A stretch of DNA of 63,083 nt, counting the filler, from Choristocarpus tenellus KU-1152 (taxonomy: Eukaryota; Protista; Phaeophyceae), in NCBI GenBank assembly GCA_964200185.2. It is 10 parts of 10 records of this genome, joined end to end, with 100 filler letters (N's around TTAATTAATTAA, not from the genome) between each part and the next. Parts side by side here need not be neighbours in the genome. Positions count along the whole stretch, not along the records: positions 1 to 11,367 come from CAXNAD020002364.1; positions 11,468 to 16,896 come from CAXNAD020010807.1; 8 more parts are not named here. One strand, 5' to 3'. The notes under the pieces are model-generated. The model made no database searches. It was given only the letters and a program-made list of their open reading frames with translations, and was not told where the DNA came from. This document shows positions 1 to 12,660 of this stretch, in pieces. Each line of letters starts with the position of its first letter. The first letter of the stretch is position 1. A program made the position numbers and the translations under genes.

Positions 1-68
1 GCCCCAGGACCATTGAATGTCTGTCACAGGGCAAGGTAAAAGGTTCCATGGTAAAGAGACCAGGGTAG

Positions 69-3000
69 GAGGGGACCAAAATCAAGCTAGGAGGTGGGGT
101 TGCTGTAGTTCCTACCCCGTCTCAGCCCAAGATGAGACTAAATGATGATGGGGTTCTTGAAGCTGCTCCCCCACAGCGCACTTTAGCATCATTCTTCACT
201 GGTGCAGCTATGGAAGTTACCTCCAGTGGGGACTCTTTAGCACCCCTACTGCCTCAGAAGCCTTCACTGGAAAAGAAAGGCATCAAAGCCTTCTTTTGCA
301 ATACTGGTGCCACTACATCTGCCGAAGCCCCCAAGGCTGCCTCTGTGGGTGTGGCAGTAGATGGTGCAACCTCTGACAGCACCCCCATTGAAAACAATGT
401 TGGTATAAACAAAGAGAGGGAGACTGATGAGATTGAAAAGTCAGAGGAGGAGGCTGTACACCAGGCCAACCCAAAAAAAATGGGATGTGAAGATCTAACT
501 CAAAAGCTTCTGGGGGACAGTGGGATTTCTAACGGGGAAGGCGACAATGCTGTAGTGGGGGCAGGGGATGGGAAGGAAGAGGAGAGGGAGGAAGTGGCGG
601 AGCCAAAGGACAGAGCGGCAAACTTCAGGGCGATGTTGGAGCAGGAACGAATGGCATTACTCCATACAAAGAAGCTCCGCAAGGCTGGCTTTATGGATGA
701 AGAGGCAGAGGAGGAGGAAGAGGAGGAGGCAGTCCGGGGGCTTGGTGACTTCGGTTTTGGGGTCCCTGCTGGGAAGGCTGGGGGGACAGGGGAAGCAGGT
801 GTGGGTGACAATGGGGAGGAAGAGGATGACGATGAGATACAGGAAAAGGTAGGGAGTTTTTTTTTTTCAAATGCTTTGAAGGAAATTGTGTTGCAGGCAT
901 TCTTTTTCGGTAGTGTATCCACTTTGAAAAAAGGCCAGTGTGCAAGTACAGTTCAGAAACTTCCTCTCAAAGTCGAGGAGATGCCAACCCTAACCCTAAT
1001 TCAGGTGTTAAGAAATCCCAAATCAGTCTGGATGGAAAATCTTAGACTTGAACCCAACTCGAAAGTGGAGCTGAACCCTGGCCCTGGTGCTGAAGCTTAA
1101 ACAACACCTTTGACTACACCTTCTGCTCCTGTACTCTCAGCACAGAACTTCCCCTTTAGATAGTGTACTAGGCCCTGGCCTTGTCTGTCCTTGCTGACAA
1201 CTTGTTCAGAAGATGCGCCTTTCCCAAAGCATTCCAAAAACCACAATCTCGTGAACTCCACTTTCCTCAGGATCTTGAGGGCATTGTGGATACCTTCTCA
1301 GATGATGAAGGTGACATTATTGCCCAGGATTCATTCCTCAACCAGGAGGCAGCAAATAGTGATCGACAGGTGATGTCTAACATGAGAACTTGATATTCTT
1401 ACTCCACTTGTCTACTTGGATCTTTTTGTTGCTCCCAAATATTTGATCATGCATAGATACATTTTTATTGGTACGCATCAGTACATCCATATATATATAT
1501 ATATGTATGGATCTGACCTGATATTACTACACAGTAATACTGAAGTACTATTATGACATGTAAGAGAGGTAGGTCTTAATGGGATAATGTCAAGAATCAA
1601 GCTCCAACAATGTCTTGCTGACTCCTAAACAATAGACCGTTTTTTACAGTTACCTGCCTCTGCTCGATTTCTGTCTCTTGTCCTCTTGGGGCACTGCTAG
1701 TATGTGCAAGGAGTGATGTATAGGCCGGTAGAGACAAAAGCTAGCCTGATCCCCATATTTTCACTCCCACTCTCCCACATCCTGCTGGGACCCTCTGTCA
1801 TGTTGAAAAAATTGAAAGGCTCTCAAAGATATGGTCCGTAGAGTGCGTGAAGGATTTGGTGATGAAAGGGGCAGTAGGCGGAGCAGGGGCTTAGCTCGTG
1901 GAAACCTTCGGCTAGACGAGCTCACTGCAGCTGACCGTAGCAGTCGCAAGGAGGCCAGGCGCCTGGGCCTTCTCAATAGGTGAGGTGGTGAAGGGGAAAG
2001 GAGGAACGTAGGAGGTTGGGAGGGGAATGATAATAACAGGAGGGGGTGGGATGTGGTGCAAGTGTCAGGTGACTTGTCTCAGAAAGCCTACCTGGGCCCC
2101 CTGGGGAAGGCTTGCTGTGCCAGAACTTGGGGCATGAGGGCTTTGGTTGGGTGGGTGGTGGTGGGGGGGGTGATTCAAAGTGTGCATGGAGAAAAACTGC
2201 TGTGTTATTTGAGGCGGTATCATAGGACAGGCAAACCCAATAGATTCTTGTGGAGTTGCTGTATTACAATTAGCAAAGGGTTCATTTCTCCCGGTTCGTG
2301 ACTGGATGACAGCAAATTGAAGATGCTCAAGATATTTGAAATGCCTTCCAAGCGCTGAATCCCCCTCTCCTCCTATCATTGCAGTGATGAAGAATGGAGT
2401 GATGATGAAAGGGGCAAGGTTGATGAGAATGAAGAAGATGAGCTTGATGAACAAGCCTTGGGGGAGATGCTTGCCAGAGAGCAACGCGCACGCCATATGG
2501 GACTGAGTCAGGTGTCCCCCTCCGCTCCCTCTAGCTTCTACATACAGCCCACCTAAAGAGTACAGTTCCACTCTGGCTCCGTGCTGCAAACCTTGACCTA
2601 CCAAGAACAGGCAGACTTGTACCTTCTATTTTGAGAGTAAGAAATGCAACACCTACACCAGACTTCCCACCCACCCCAGCCACCCACCTAATGTTGTGCC
2701 TAACTCCCCATGAAATGCGTTGATCCAGACGGCCCAAGAGTATCTGGACTCATCCTCTGATGAGGAGGATGCGACCCAAGGTGAGGAAGAACCTACTGGG
2801 AAGGGCAGTGATGGAGCTGAGGAGGAAGAGAGGAAGGAGGAGGAACGAATGCAGAAGCTCTGGGTGAAGAGGGCCAAGCGCCGGAGGGTGCTGGCAGAGG
2901 TGGAGGAGTCTTCGACTGGGGACAGTCAATGTCCAGGGCGACTCTTGCAGGAGGTGGGTGAGGGGATGGAGGGGTATTGAACTTGTGGTAGGAGGGTTCT

Positions 3001-6000
3001 GTTTGGAAAGAAAAATATCGTCTTCTGCATAATTCTAAGACTGGGATATTGTGTGCTAAGTAAGCTCTTTTATGTTTCTGAGAAGGAAATGGTTCTAGAT
3101 CGTAGGGGTCAACTGACAATAATGGCATATAGTGGGGTGAACGGGGGGGGGGTGGGCCAAAGGTGGTGACCTGAATATTTTAGGGCTTGCATGGTGAGAG
3201 ATGAGGGGACTTGTGTGTGTGTGTGTGTGTCATCTTGGACATGAACATTTTCTGGGGCACTGGAATTGTGGTGTGATTTTCTTGTACGAGAAGGAGAGAA
3301 TAAGTGTTCCGAATCTGAAGGTTTGGTGAGTATGAATTTAGTGTGCTCAAAAGTGTTTGACGTGAGTGATTATGATCAGAATGTACCTGCAGAGCATCAA
3401 AGCATTGCAGGGCTGCAGGAGCAGAGGTTCATACTCCTGAGAAACCAACCAATCGAATGTAACCTTGCAGTTTTTGGTGTAGATTTCCTTCTACAAGCTC
3501 TATTCTGAAAAACTCTATAGATATGCGGGGTTGATAACCATAAAACTATCAAGTGAGTACCTGTGCTTTGTTTAGTTGAAGAACTCCTTTCACAGCAGGA
3601 ATGAATGTACGAGGTGGTGATAATGCAATGATCAGATTCCTTGTGAAAAACATACTGGGTTGGACTTATGATTGGCTGCAATCCGCCATGACCGTATGGT
3701 CCCTGCATGTCCCTGCCGAAACCCTCCTAACCCAAGGACTCCATGATGTATAGAATGTCCATGTGCATTTTAGGATGTACCATACCCAAAAATATTGGTT
3801 ATATACCTTGTGTTGAAGCTGATGTTTTGATGTGGATGATAGAATCATCTCTCAAAACATGACAATTGAAACAGTTGCCAATGTTATCAAAGCATCATAC
3901 TCTGGAGTACGTTGTGAATCCCGTTGGCTTAAGACTACTGTTGTCGGGTTCTATCCCAAACAAAATAGAGATGTCCAAGAGGTGAGCTGTGGTCTGAATG
4001 GCGGTAAATTGAATCATGACAATTTTATCACTACAAATAAATGAACACTACAGAAAATTTGATATGAAAATCACCAAGAAAGTAAAACTTTCCTGTACCA
4101 AAAATTGACCTCATGCCCCTCTGCTGCAATACCTGACCTCCTCTGTGACTGCAGGATGAAGACTCACAGGCAATCCTGAGCCTCCTTCAATGCACCAATA
4201 GTCGAGGTGGAGGCTCTTTGGCTAGAGCTTCCAGTTTAGGTGGCAGTGGTAGTGGCAACTCTAGGTCAGATGCAGAGCCTCTGGGCAAGAAGGGGTCACA
4301 AGAATTTTCGGGGGAACTGAATGCAGGGGAAATCGCTGATGGCTTTGGGATGGGCATGTCTTCTAAGGTGGGAATGTTTTTGGTTGACCAAGATGTTCTG
4401 GACATGAATAAGGTCTTTGGAACTTGAGTCAAACTAACTGAGAAGGGGGTGCTGCTGAGTTTTAAGGGCCCCTTTTGGTGGCACATCATGCTTCCTTAGC
4501 ACTTAGTCCACAGCTATGGAGTGCATTCTGACTGTATTGCTAGTGTATTCAGTTCTCTGAAGCAATCATCTTTTTTGACACCCTTTTTCAAATATCCTTT
4601 CACCTTTTTGAAATGAATTTTGAAAAAAATCCTTCTGCGATTTAAACAGCCAAAACACCCCCTCCTCTCAATTCCCTTGTCTCCTTGATGCCGTGTGGAT
4701 GTTGAAGAGTGGACCTTCCCTTCCTCTTTCTCTTTAATACCTCAGAACTAAAATTTGAACACGTTTAATCAAGGAAAAGAGGTTAAGTTTGCGTACCTTG
4801 AGTAATGTAGTACCCTATCCTCTTTTACACTGTTACCACCTGACTTCAAAAAACATAAACGATCCCTGTTGTGTCCTGTGATACTCCAGTCCAAAAGCTC
4901 TTATATAGCATATCCTACATCCCGTACAATTTCTCCTACCATGCCCATGCCTGCCTCAGTCACTAAAAAGATCCAAGAGCACCACCATTGAGGCCTCCAC
5001 CTCAGACAAAACAGGGAATACATTGCCTGCAGAGAGTTTGGGAAAGAGAGCATTTTCCTTGCCCCAGCTGGTTGGCTCCATGGGGTATGGTGGGTCAACC
5101 CGTGCACGGCAGGTGGGACTTGTGTGGGTGACTTGGGGTGTGTTTGGTAGATGTGACGTGATTCAGCAAGTTGGGATAGGGTACATCTGTGGATTTGAGG
5201 TTGGATTGGGCGTGGGGAAATTGTGGAGTTGAGGTTTGTAGTTTCCGTTACTCTCTAAGCAAACTTGGCCTTTGAATGTCATGAATATACTGGCTTGTCT
5301 TACAGGGGCAATAGTAAACCTGAAGGTAAAAACTGCATTATTGTTAACTCATGTGCCTCCGGTCCTAGTGCTGTGAACTGTAATGATAGAATCAACGATA
5401 GAATCAGTGTGATTGGATGAAGATCGTGATAACTCAAAGTCTAAAATTTAGGTTTGATTTTCGAGTGGTTACTTTTTTTTCGTGAAGGTGTGGTGCGTGC
5501 ATTGCCTGCAGAGCTCGGCTGTTCGCACACCTCCATTTGTGCTCTGTGTGCACGTTGTGATTGTAATCAAGTGTACCGGAAGTTTCCTAGCCGATTTAAG
5601 TTGCACTCACAAATGATTTTGATTCACAGCACTACCCAGTCCCAAGTAGACCAAAGTACTACCAAGTACTAGAAGTACTATTTGATGTATCCAGTTAGAG
5701 TACGGAGAGAAGAAGACTAGATATCCATATAGGCACTGTATTTACTCTCCACATTACAGATTTGAAGCGCCCTTGGCTGCTCTTGATGTGGAATCGAACA
5801 GCTGGTGTACTTTCCTGGGAGGAGCAAGAACGGGCAATAGTTGGACTTAATCAGAGGCGTCTAACAGAGCTCATCCTAAAATCTGACCTAGATATTTGCC
5901 CCCTCCAATAATGGTTCCTGACATCTCCTCATGTCCTTGCTATAGGTCCAACGCAAGGGCTCCTTCCTCTCACGTTCCCGTAGTGGCCTCAGCAGATCTG

Positions 6001-6347
6001 GGAGCCTGGCTTCAGGCAAGACCACTGTCTCTGCAGCCAAGTTTGTATTTATGTCTTCCTCAGAGGACTCCTCCACACGCACTGGCTTCGAGGACCCTCC
6101 CATCAACAAGCAAGGTGGTGATGCTGACAGTGGCAGTGGGGGACGCCTTGCAGGTAAAGGAAATCTGGGGAGACAACCCTCACAATCCTCCACAACAAGG
6201 GTAGATCAGTCACGGGGTGGGGACAGAATCAATGACGGCATTGGACATAAGAGAAAGGCCAAGGGAGAGGCTGCTGGGGGTGCAGCTGGAAAGGGCAGGC
6301 TGTGGAAAGGTCTATGTGCAAGTCAAAGCGGGACTGACAAAAAGTAG
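69..6347 (+). CDS. Claspin/Mrc1-like replication checkpoint mediator, 3' part (5' exons outside window)
   Basis: Phase-consistent GT-AG exons 69-848, 1271-1369, 1819-1979, 2385-2511, 2729-2953, 4155-4367, 4960-5112, 5946-6347(stop). Acidic protein with Mrc1/claspin-like segments FMDEEAEEEEEEEAVRGLGDFG, DLEGIVDTFSDDEGD, ALKDMVRRVREGFG, DEDSQAILSLL, RKGSFLSR...KFVF. Family assigned from recalled motif order. Confidence 0.75.
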
Positions 6348-8489
6348 ATTAGGGTTAGGGTTATTCAGATAGTAGATAGTAATTTGGATGGTGAGGGGCT
6401 TCTGGAGTTGGAACTCTACCATGCGCAGACATGCCTCAAAAAAAAAATCAAGGGTAATGAAATGGTCAACAAACAAAAAAAAGAGAAAAAAATACTCTCG
6501 TAAGAAATACTGTTCATAGGGTCAAGAGGACCCCTCTGTATAGCATGTCACATCCCTGTCACAGTCCACCTCTTTTCGACCTGCCTCCCCTTAGTACAAC
6601 CTTGTCCTTGTTTGATCTTTTTGTGGGGTGTAAAAGTACTCAGTTGACTTGAGGACGAGTCTCATTAATCACGACGCAGTATTATGTAGTAGTAGTCTGT
6701 GTCAAGACGTGAAGGAAAGTGCCAAGTTGAGGTATACATGCACATTCGTCAGTGTTGATGTGTGTGTTAGGCAGCTACAGGGTTCTACACAGAATGGGTT
6801 GGAGTTAGGCTGTTCCCACAATAGTTGTAGTACATGTGTCAAAGGTTGACAAAACTTGTTCATGAAGGAACATTGTTGAGTTCCGACTATGCAGCATCTG
6901 TTAGTGTTAGGAATAGGGGCTTGCTATGTGCGATGTGGATACCAGGTCATTTTACTCAGGAAAAATGGCAGGTGTTGGAAAATCAGGCACACATAGGGGA
7001 GGAGATGGGATCTTAAGGATAGATACAACAGCCGTAGTTTTGGCTCTTTTTGCTCATGTACAAAATAGTTTCAACTGTGACAGTGCAGCATCTATTACTT
7101 GAACCTGACGCTTGTGGTTAGGCTTGGGCTTACTGTGAAATATCAGCACATGAGTATATGATTACACTTATTTCTGTTCCATTACTTTTACATCAGGCAT
7201 GCGCACCTCGCCTGGACAATATCATTGACCATCTAACAGGAAAGTTGATGGACACAAACGTTGTACTCAAAATTCCCAAGTTACAGAATGTGCCAGATTT
7301 GATTTATTTTTACATCAATGCTTGTAAAGTGGAAAGGTTGATACAAAGAGGTGAAGTAGTTCGTTACGTATATTGCATCTTGTGTGTTGAACATTGCTGC
7401 AATTGAGTTTCATTGCCCAAACTTGGTTTGGTGGTGACACCATCTCACACTAAAATATTAAGAAATGGGCAGGTAAGGAGGTTGGTAGCCACAGGAGAAG
7501 TCAGTCAGAGAGTTCTCAATAACCAAAGGACTGCTGCAGTCAGTTGTGTTATTAGTATTTGCAAGGTGAGTTGGGTGTCTAAAGGAAGTGTGAAGGTATC
7601 ATTATCCATGCCCCGGAGGTGCTCTGAAGGTTCTAGGAGCAGAGGTGGAGTTGATAGGGAGGCATTCCCACTTAATAAATGTTGCTACTATACTTCTAAG
7701 TAGTAGCAAAGATTTTAAGGACTTTCGATCAACCTGACCATCAACTGGAATTGGTGAAGAAGCACGAGTGGGCACTGAGAGATGCGTAGTCTCTCTTTCT
7801 GGACTAAAAAAATGCAGGGATACAATGACATGGTGAAAGCAGCACCTGGGCGAAGGCAAGGTAAAAGGCGATTGAGGAAGAATTGAAATTTTCAGGCTAT
7901 AGGATATGTTCAGCATGAACTCTGCAATATAATGCAGCAAAAGACTCACTGCACTGGCTTTGTATGATACTTCTGTCATGACTCTTGGAATGTTTGAATT
8001 CCTTGTTTTAAATGCCTAGTGGTTCCAGATCGGTTTTAATTATGGTGAGAAAACAAAGTGGTTGTAAGCAGTGACACATTGAACTAGTCAACCCTGGTTA
8101 CCTGGAATTTTGGTCCTACATGAGGGATAGGTCACACTGGGAACAGGGAGGACAGGAAAAAATCCATGTGCACATGGCTTGTATACAACAAAGCAAGCAT
8201 GAATTCTGAAGAGCTTGTGTGCCTAATAAGCACACCATGCCTCCCTTGAGACATGCTGGGGACCACACCAAGTGCCATTCTAAAGCCCCGCTTGCTCCTT
8301 CCCACTTCACAGTACATCAGCCCAAATAGTCAAAATAAACCTTATGAAAAGCCACCGTGTTCTTGAGTCAGGCAGTGCCCTACAATGCTGTCAATACCTA
8401 CGGTCTCATTTACAGTTGAGTATCATTGTAATACATGACAAAGGTTTCCATATGTCTGTCTTAAAAAATGTCAGTTTCCACAGAACACC

Positions 8490-9740
8490 TCAGCCCCTTT
8501 CCTTCAGCTCTGCCCTCGCCTCTGCTAAGGCCTGCTGGGGCAACTTGGAAAGAAAAAGTTCCAATTTTTCTCGCGTGGCAGCCAAAGCCATTATTGTGAA
8601 CTCAAGAGCCTCCCGTGATAACTGCATCTTTGGCATTCCAGTTCTGGAAATGAACACACAAGGTAGGGGCAGGAAGAGGGGGAGAAGGGGGATAACAAGC
8701 TGAGCTTTGATTACTACAATTCAAGTGTAAAAGTGTATAGTATACAAAACTGCAGACTAGGGAGCTGTGAGTAGGCAACGTTGTCCTTCAGTAAGAACGC
8801 GACATCTACATCACGCCCTCTCGTGTTCGTATGAAAACTTTGGAACCCTTAGCTCTTTCAGATAGCAAGTTCAACCTCTAGACAAGCTTCACCAGACAAT
8901 AGGACTAGTAAAATTATATCTCCATCAAATCTATTCCCACATCCACTCTTTCACCTGTCATCTAATTCTGGAGGGAAATAGTCTACAGCTTGGGTGAGGA
9001 ACTCCACAGCCTCGCGGCCACTGGATGCCGCCGTCACCCGATTGCTCGAGCCTTCGATGTACAGCGCCCCTTGCTTGAGACTTTCTTCAAGTTTATAGTT
9101 TCGCATCAAACCTTTGACGATCCCTTTGAGCCCAGGCGGAGGACCGTTATTGGTGAGGTCGTCCTCGAGCTGTGATAAGTCAGTTTGGGGTTGCGTGATA
9201 TTTTGAAGAATAGTCGACGGGAGGTTAGGCCTAATGGAAACTGGAGAGTAGGGCATCTGTTAGCACTACAAGAGTGTGTTCATTCACAGTCAGCATTACA
9301 TATCTCAGTTTTGGATTTCCCATTCCTTATTCCACCTGACCACTACGGATACGTTCAATCCGTACCTGTTTAGTAGACGCGGCCACGCGCTCGATATTGA
9401 TGATGCAGTCGCGCAATGGCTTGCTAGCCGTTCCAGTATATTCTCCTGCTCCAAGGTGAAGGAGTTCTTGCGCTTGTACCCCCTTCCACTCAAGTGTGTC
9501 TTTGTCGTCAGCCAAAACTGAAGTCGGGATGGTGGTTAACAAACCGAGGATAGATGCTTCAACCAGTCCAGTCAGAAAGTCTTGTCGAGAAGCGGGAACC
9601 TCGTGTCCAACAGACATGGAAGTGCGATGGCCAGACAATGACCCTACTGCGGAATTCTTCCACCGAAGCGTTCCCACAGGATTAAGGAATGCATGTGTCC
9701 TGGCAGCACAAAGCGTCAGGACGACCAAGCTTCCTCTCAT
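8490..9740 (-). CDS. Nuclear-encoded plastid protein, probably thylakoid lumen, unknown function (~247 aa)
   Basis: Exons 9740-9366, 9169-8955, 8643-8490 join in frame to a TGA (744 nt). N-terminus MRGSLVVLTLCAARTHA-FLNP resembles an ASAFAP-type signal cleavage, followed by SRQDFL, a hydrophobic stretch and VLA-DD (Tat-like lumen signal). Confidence 0.8.
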
Positions 9741-9894
9741 GTTGTTGAGTGATGGAAAAATGAATTATGAAACACAACATGATAAAACGCTACATTGTAT
9801 TATGTATAAAATGTTGCACGATATGTACACAACGTAACATTTAGTTCACCACGTAGTTAATTTTTATGTACATACCTCTCTCAATAAATGTACT

Positions 9895-10900
9895 AACAGA
9901 TTTGAGGTAGGACAAGGTCTTTAGCAGGGGGTGCTATTGCTCCCATCCTCTTCAACATCTTCTTCACTGCAGTGCTAAGTGTACAAGTTAAGGAGTTCAG
10001 CTCTGACCTGACCATCTTCAAGGATCTTATTGTCATTAACAAAGCTGCATGAGGAAGAACACCTTAGTGTGGGAAGCACTTGGCGGACTCTTGTGCGGTA
10101 TGCTTTATGCTAATGATACCGGCGCTGTCTTGAACATCAAAGGAGATTTGGCCAGGATTATGAGAGTACTTATGATAGTGGCCAGATCATTCGGGTCTGA
10201 TTGTGTCGGCATTAAAGACCGAGACCATGTATCCGACCTACTAATTGCACTTCCGAAACCAAGCGGATCCGGGTACTGGACCAGACCTACAAGCACACCA
10301 ATATTTTTTTTTCCTTGGGGGAAAATCAGTGGTGATGATGCCACCATCACTGCTGAGATCAGTCGGGGGAGTCAGAAAGCTCGGAGTTTCACAAATGCAG
10401 GCAAGTGCTTTATGACAGGACCTCAAGTGTCTCACTTGACTTGAGGTTCAAATGCTCAAGGGTAAAGTACTTGATCTCTGTTATATGGTTGTATGACGTA
10501 AACTCTCTACCAAGTTCATTGTCTAGAACTCTCTTCCCATAACCACAAATTCCTCCTCTATTGTATATTATTTTCCCCGAGCATAAAGACACCAATCATG
10601 TCTACAAAGATGCTCTTGTGAAGACTGTGTGTGAGAGTATCAAGGCAATGGTGCACAAGCAGATACTACAATTTACTGGGTCAGTTTTACGCATGGGGAA
10701 TGAGTGACTTCCTAAGGCATTGATGTTTGATGAGCTTGTCGCTGGAAATGGAAGCAAGGTTGTAGGAGAAGAACGGGTGGACATGCCTTCCAGACGACCT
10801 TGAGAAAATCGTGTTTGTAGTTGAGGGTTGGATCACTCGGGCCACTCACCAACAGAAGTGGTATGAGTGTATAGCTGATGGCACAATGAACCTCATAGCC
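9895..10900 (+). mobile_element. Degenerate non-LTR retrotransposon (RTE-like LINE) reverse transcriptase fragment
   Basis: Frameshifted remnants of RT motifs: QG..LAPILFNIFFTAV (~9915-9975) and LCGMLYANDTG (YADD-like, ~10090-10125); many stops. Confidence 0.75.
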
Positions 10901-11367
10901 AAGCCTAGGGCATTCCAAGGAGGCTGTGATAGCTGATGTACGTGACACCATTGCAGCGTCTAAGGCCACCCAAGCCACCAACACCACCACCACCACTGCC
11001 TGCTGAATGCTGTTTTCTTTTTGGTTTGATTTCTCTAGCAGTATTTTTGTCCTATTTCTTTTTTCTCTTCCCCTTAACATGTCGAAGCACAAGTTAGATA
11101 ATGGGTAGCCAGCACCTCTCACTTAACGAGCCAACACATGCAACACTCCTAGGAACAGTCATCAGCAATATATAGGCACATAGCGAACAGCAGACAGCTG
11201 AGCCATTGAGAAATCATAGCCAAGTCTCCAGGTTACTATAGCAGAACTTAAGCTTGTCCAACGTGAACAAGAACCTCTCAGCCCCTGCTTTCCCAAATCC
11301 GTCCAGTGCTGACCCAGTCTCGGGATTGATTCTGTTGAGCATGTCAAAGTATCTCTGGGGGGGGGGG

Positions 11368-11467
11368 NNNNNNNNNNNNNNNNNNNNNNNNNNNNNNNNN
11401 NNNNNNNNNNNTTAATTAATTAANNNNNNNNNNNNNNNNNNNNNNNNNNNNNNNNNNNNNNNNNNNN
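11368..11467. other. Artificial contig linker; identical linkers at 16897-16996, 32478-32577, 36484-36583, 39187-39286, 42461-42560, 45478-45577, 57574-57673, 60283-60382
   Basis: Nine identical 100-nt blocks: 44 N + TTAATTAATTAA (stop codons in all six frames) + 44 N. Confidence 0.98.
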
Positions 11468-11559
11468 CACCCAAAAATCGCGACAAGAAAAAAATTGACC
11501 CCAAATGGACAGCCGCCACCCCCTCCCAGATACTTTGAGCCTCTATACACTAGTGGACG

Positions 11560-12660
11560 GTTTAGTGTGATAATTGACAAAATAACCCCTTTCCACATCA
11601 CAAGCTTCTATCGTGTGGACTTACTTTTCTATTGTGATGTGGAATGAACTTTTCTACAAGGCAAATACCTACCTGGTCCAAGACTCTAAACCATCAGTGG
11701 GGGAACTGTTAAAGCACCTTCTAAGATGTATCAGAACAGTCTGACAGACGACCCAAAAATTGAGAGTATCTGCCTAGAGGGAGTCCCATGACTCACACAT
11801 CAGAAGGATCGAATCGTGCAGTCGCCATGGAGACCAAAATGGTTTGTATACTCACCTGAAAGGGTTTAATATAATGGAGAGGACTCATCACGATAGATTG
11901 CAATATATTTGAAACAGATCTGGTGAGCACCTGAAAGATTAATATCCTCAAAAAGGAGCAGTGGGGGTGGTTTTGAAATGCGATCCCCAATGAGGATAGG
12001 AGTATCCAAGGGAGTTTCATTGAGGCGACTGTGTGGGAACAGCAAGTATGTCTTAAATTTAGAATGATATTGCCATCACTATTGAAGTACCGAGGTATTA
12101 CATTGGTGGCATATGCTGGCAAAGTGTTACTTAAAGCTGTTGCAAGACGACTTCAGTGCCTATTTTCTGGAGGCGGGAGGATATCCTACACGAGGAACAA
12201 TGTGATTTCCGGCCTCAACGATCCACAGTGGACACAATGTGCTCTCTGTGTGTCCTACAACACCCAGGAATGGTAAAACATTTTGCACCCTTGATCATGT
12301 GTGTTATTTTTCCGCAGAAGCATGTCACTCTGTTCACCACGATCTTCTGTGAACTATACGTGCCAAATTTCAGAGTTCCTGCCAAGATGATTTCAGCCAT
12401 CATCTGACGGAAGAAATGAAGAGATGTGTCCGCATGAATGATGGGAGTAATGCACAGACTGGTTCCCAGGTAGCCAAGTCCTTCGCCAGGGGTGTGTCCT
12501 TGCTCCCATCCTCCTCAGTATTTTCTTCACCACAGTGCTAACCCTATCAGCGAGGGAGTTCATCTCTGACACAGCCATCTCAAGAGACCAGATCGTCATC
12601 AAGGGAGAGAGAAGAAACTCAAGGTCAGAGGAGGAGGGACTACAGGAAATGGGATGATAC
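11560..12660 (+). mobile_element. Degenerate RTE-like LINE reverse transcriptase fragment
   Basis: YRGITLVAYAGKVLLKAVARRL, EEQCDFRPQRSTVD and LRQGCVLAPILLSIFFTTV; homologous to the 9895-10900 copy; frameshifted. Confidence 0.8.

Noticed and set aside
849-1100. C-terminal part of ORF 132..1100
   Set aside because: Read-through into an intron after the AAG|gtaggg donor at 848.
11412-11423. Recurrent TTAATTAATTAA palindrome as a biological motif
   Set aside because: Always centred in identical N blocks; it is an artificial six-frame-stop linker.
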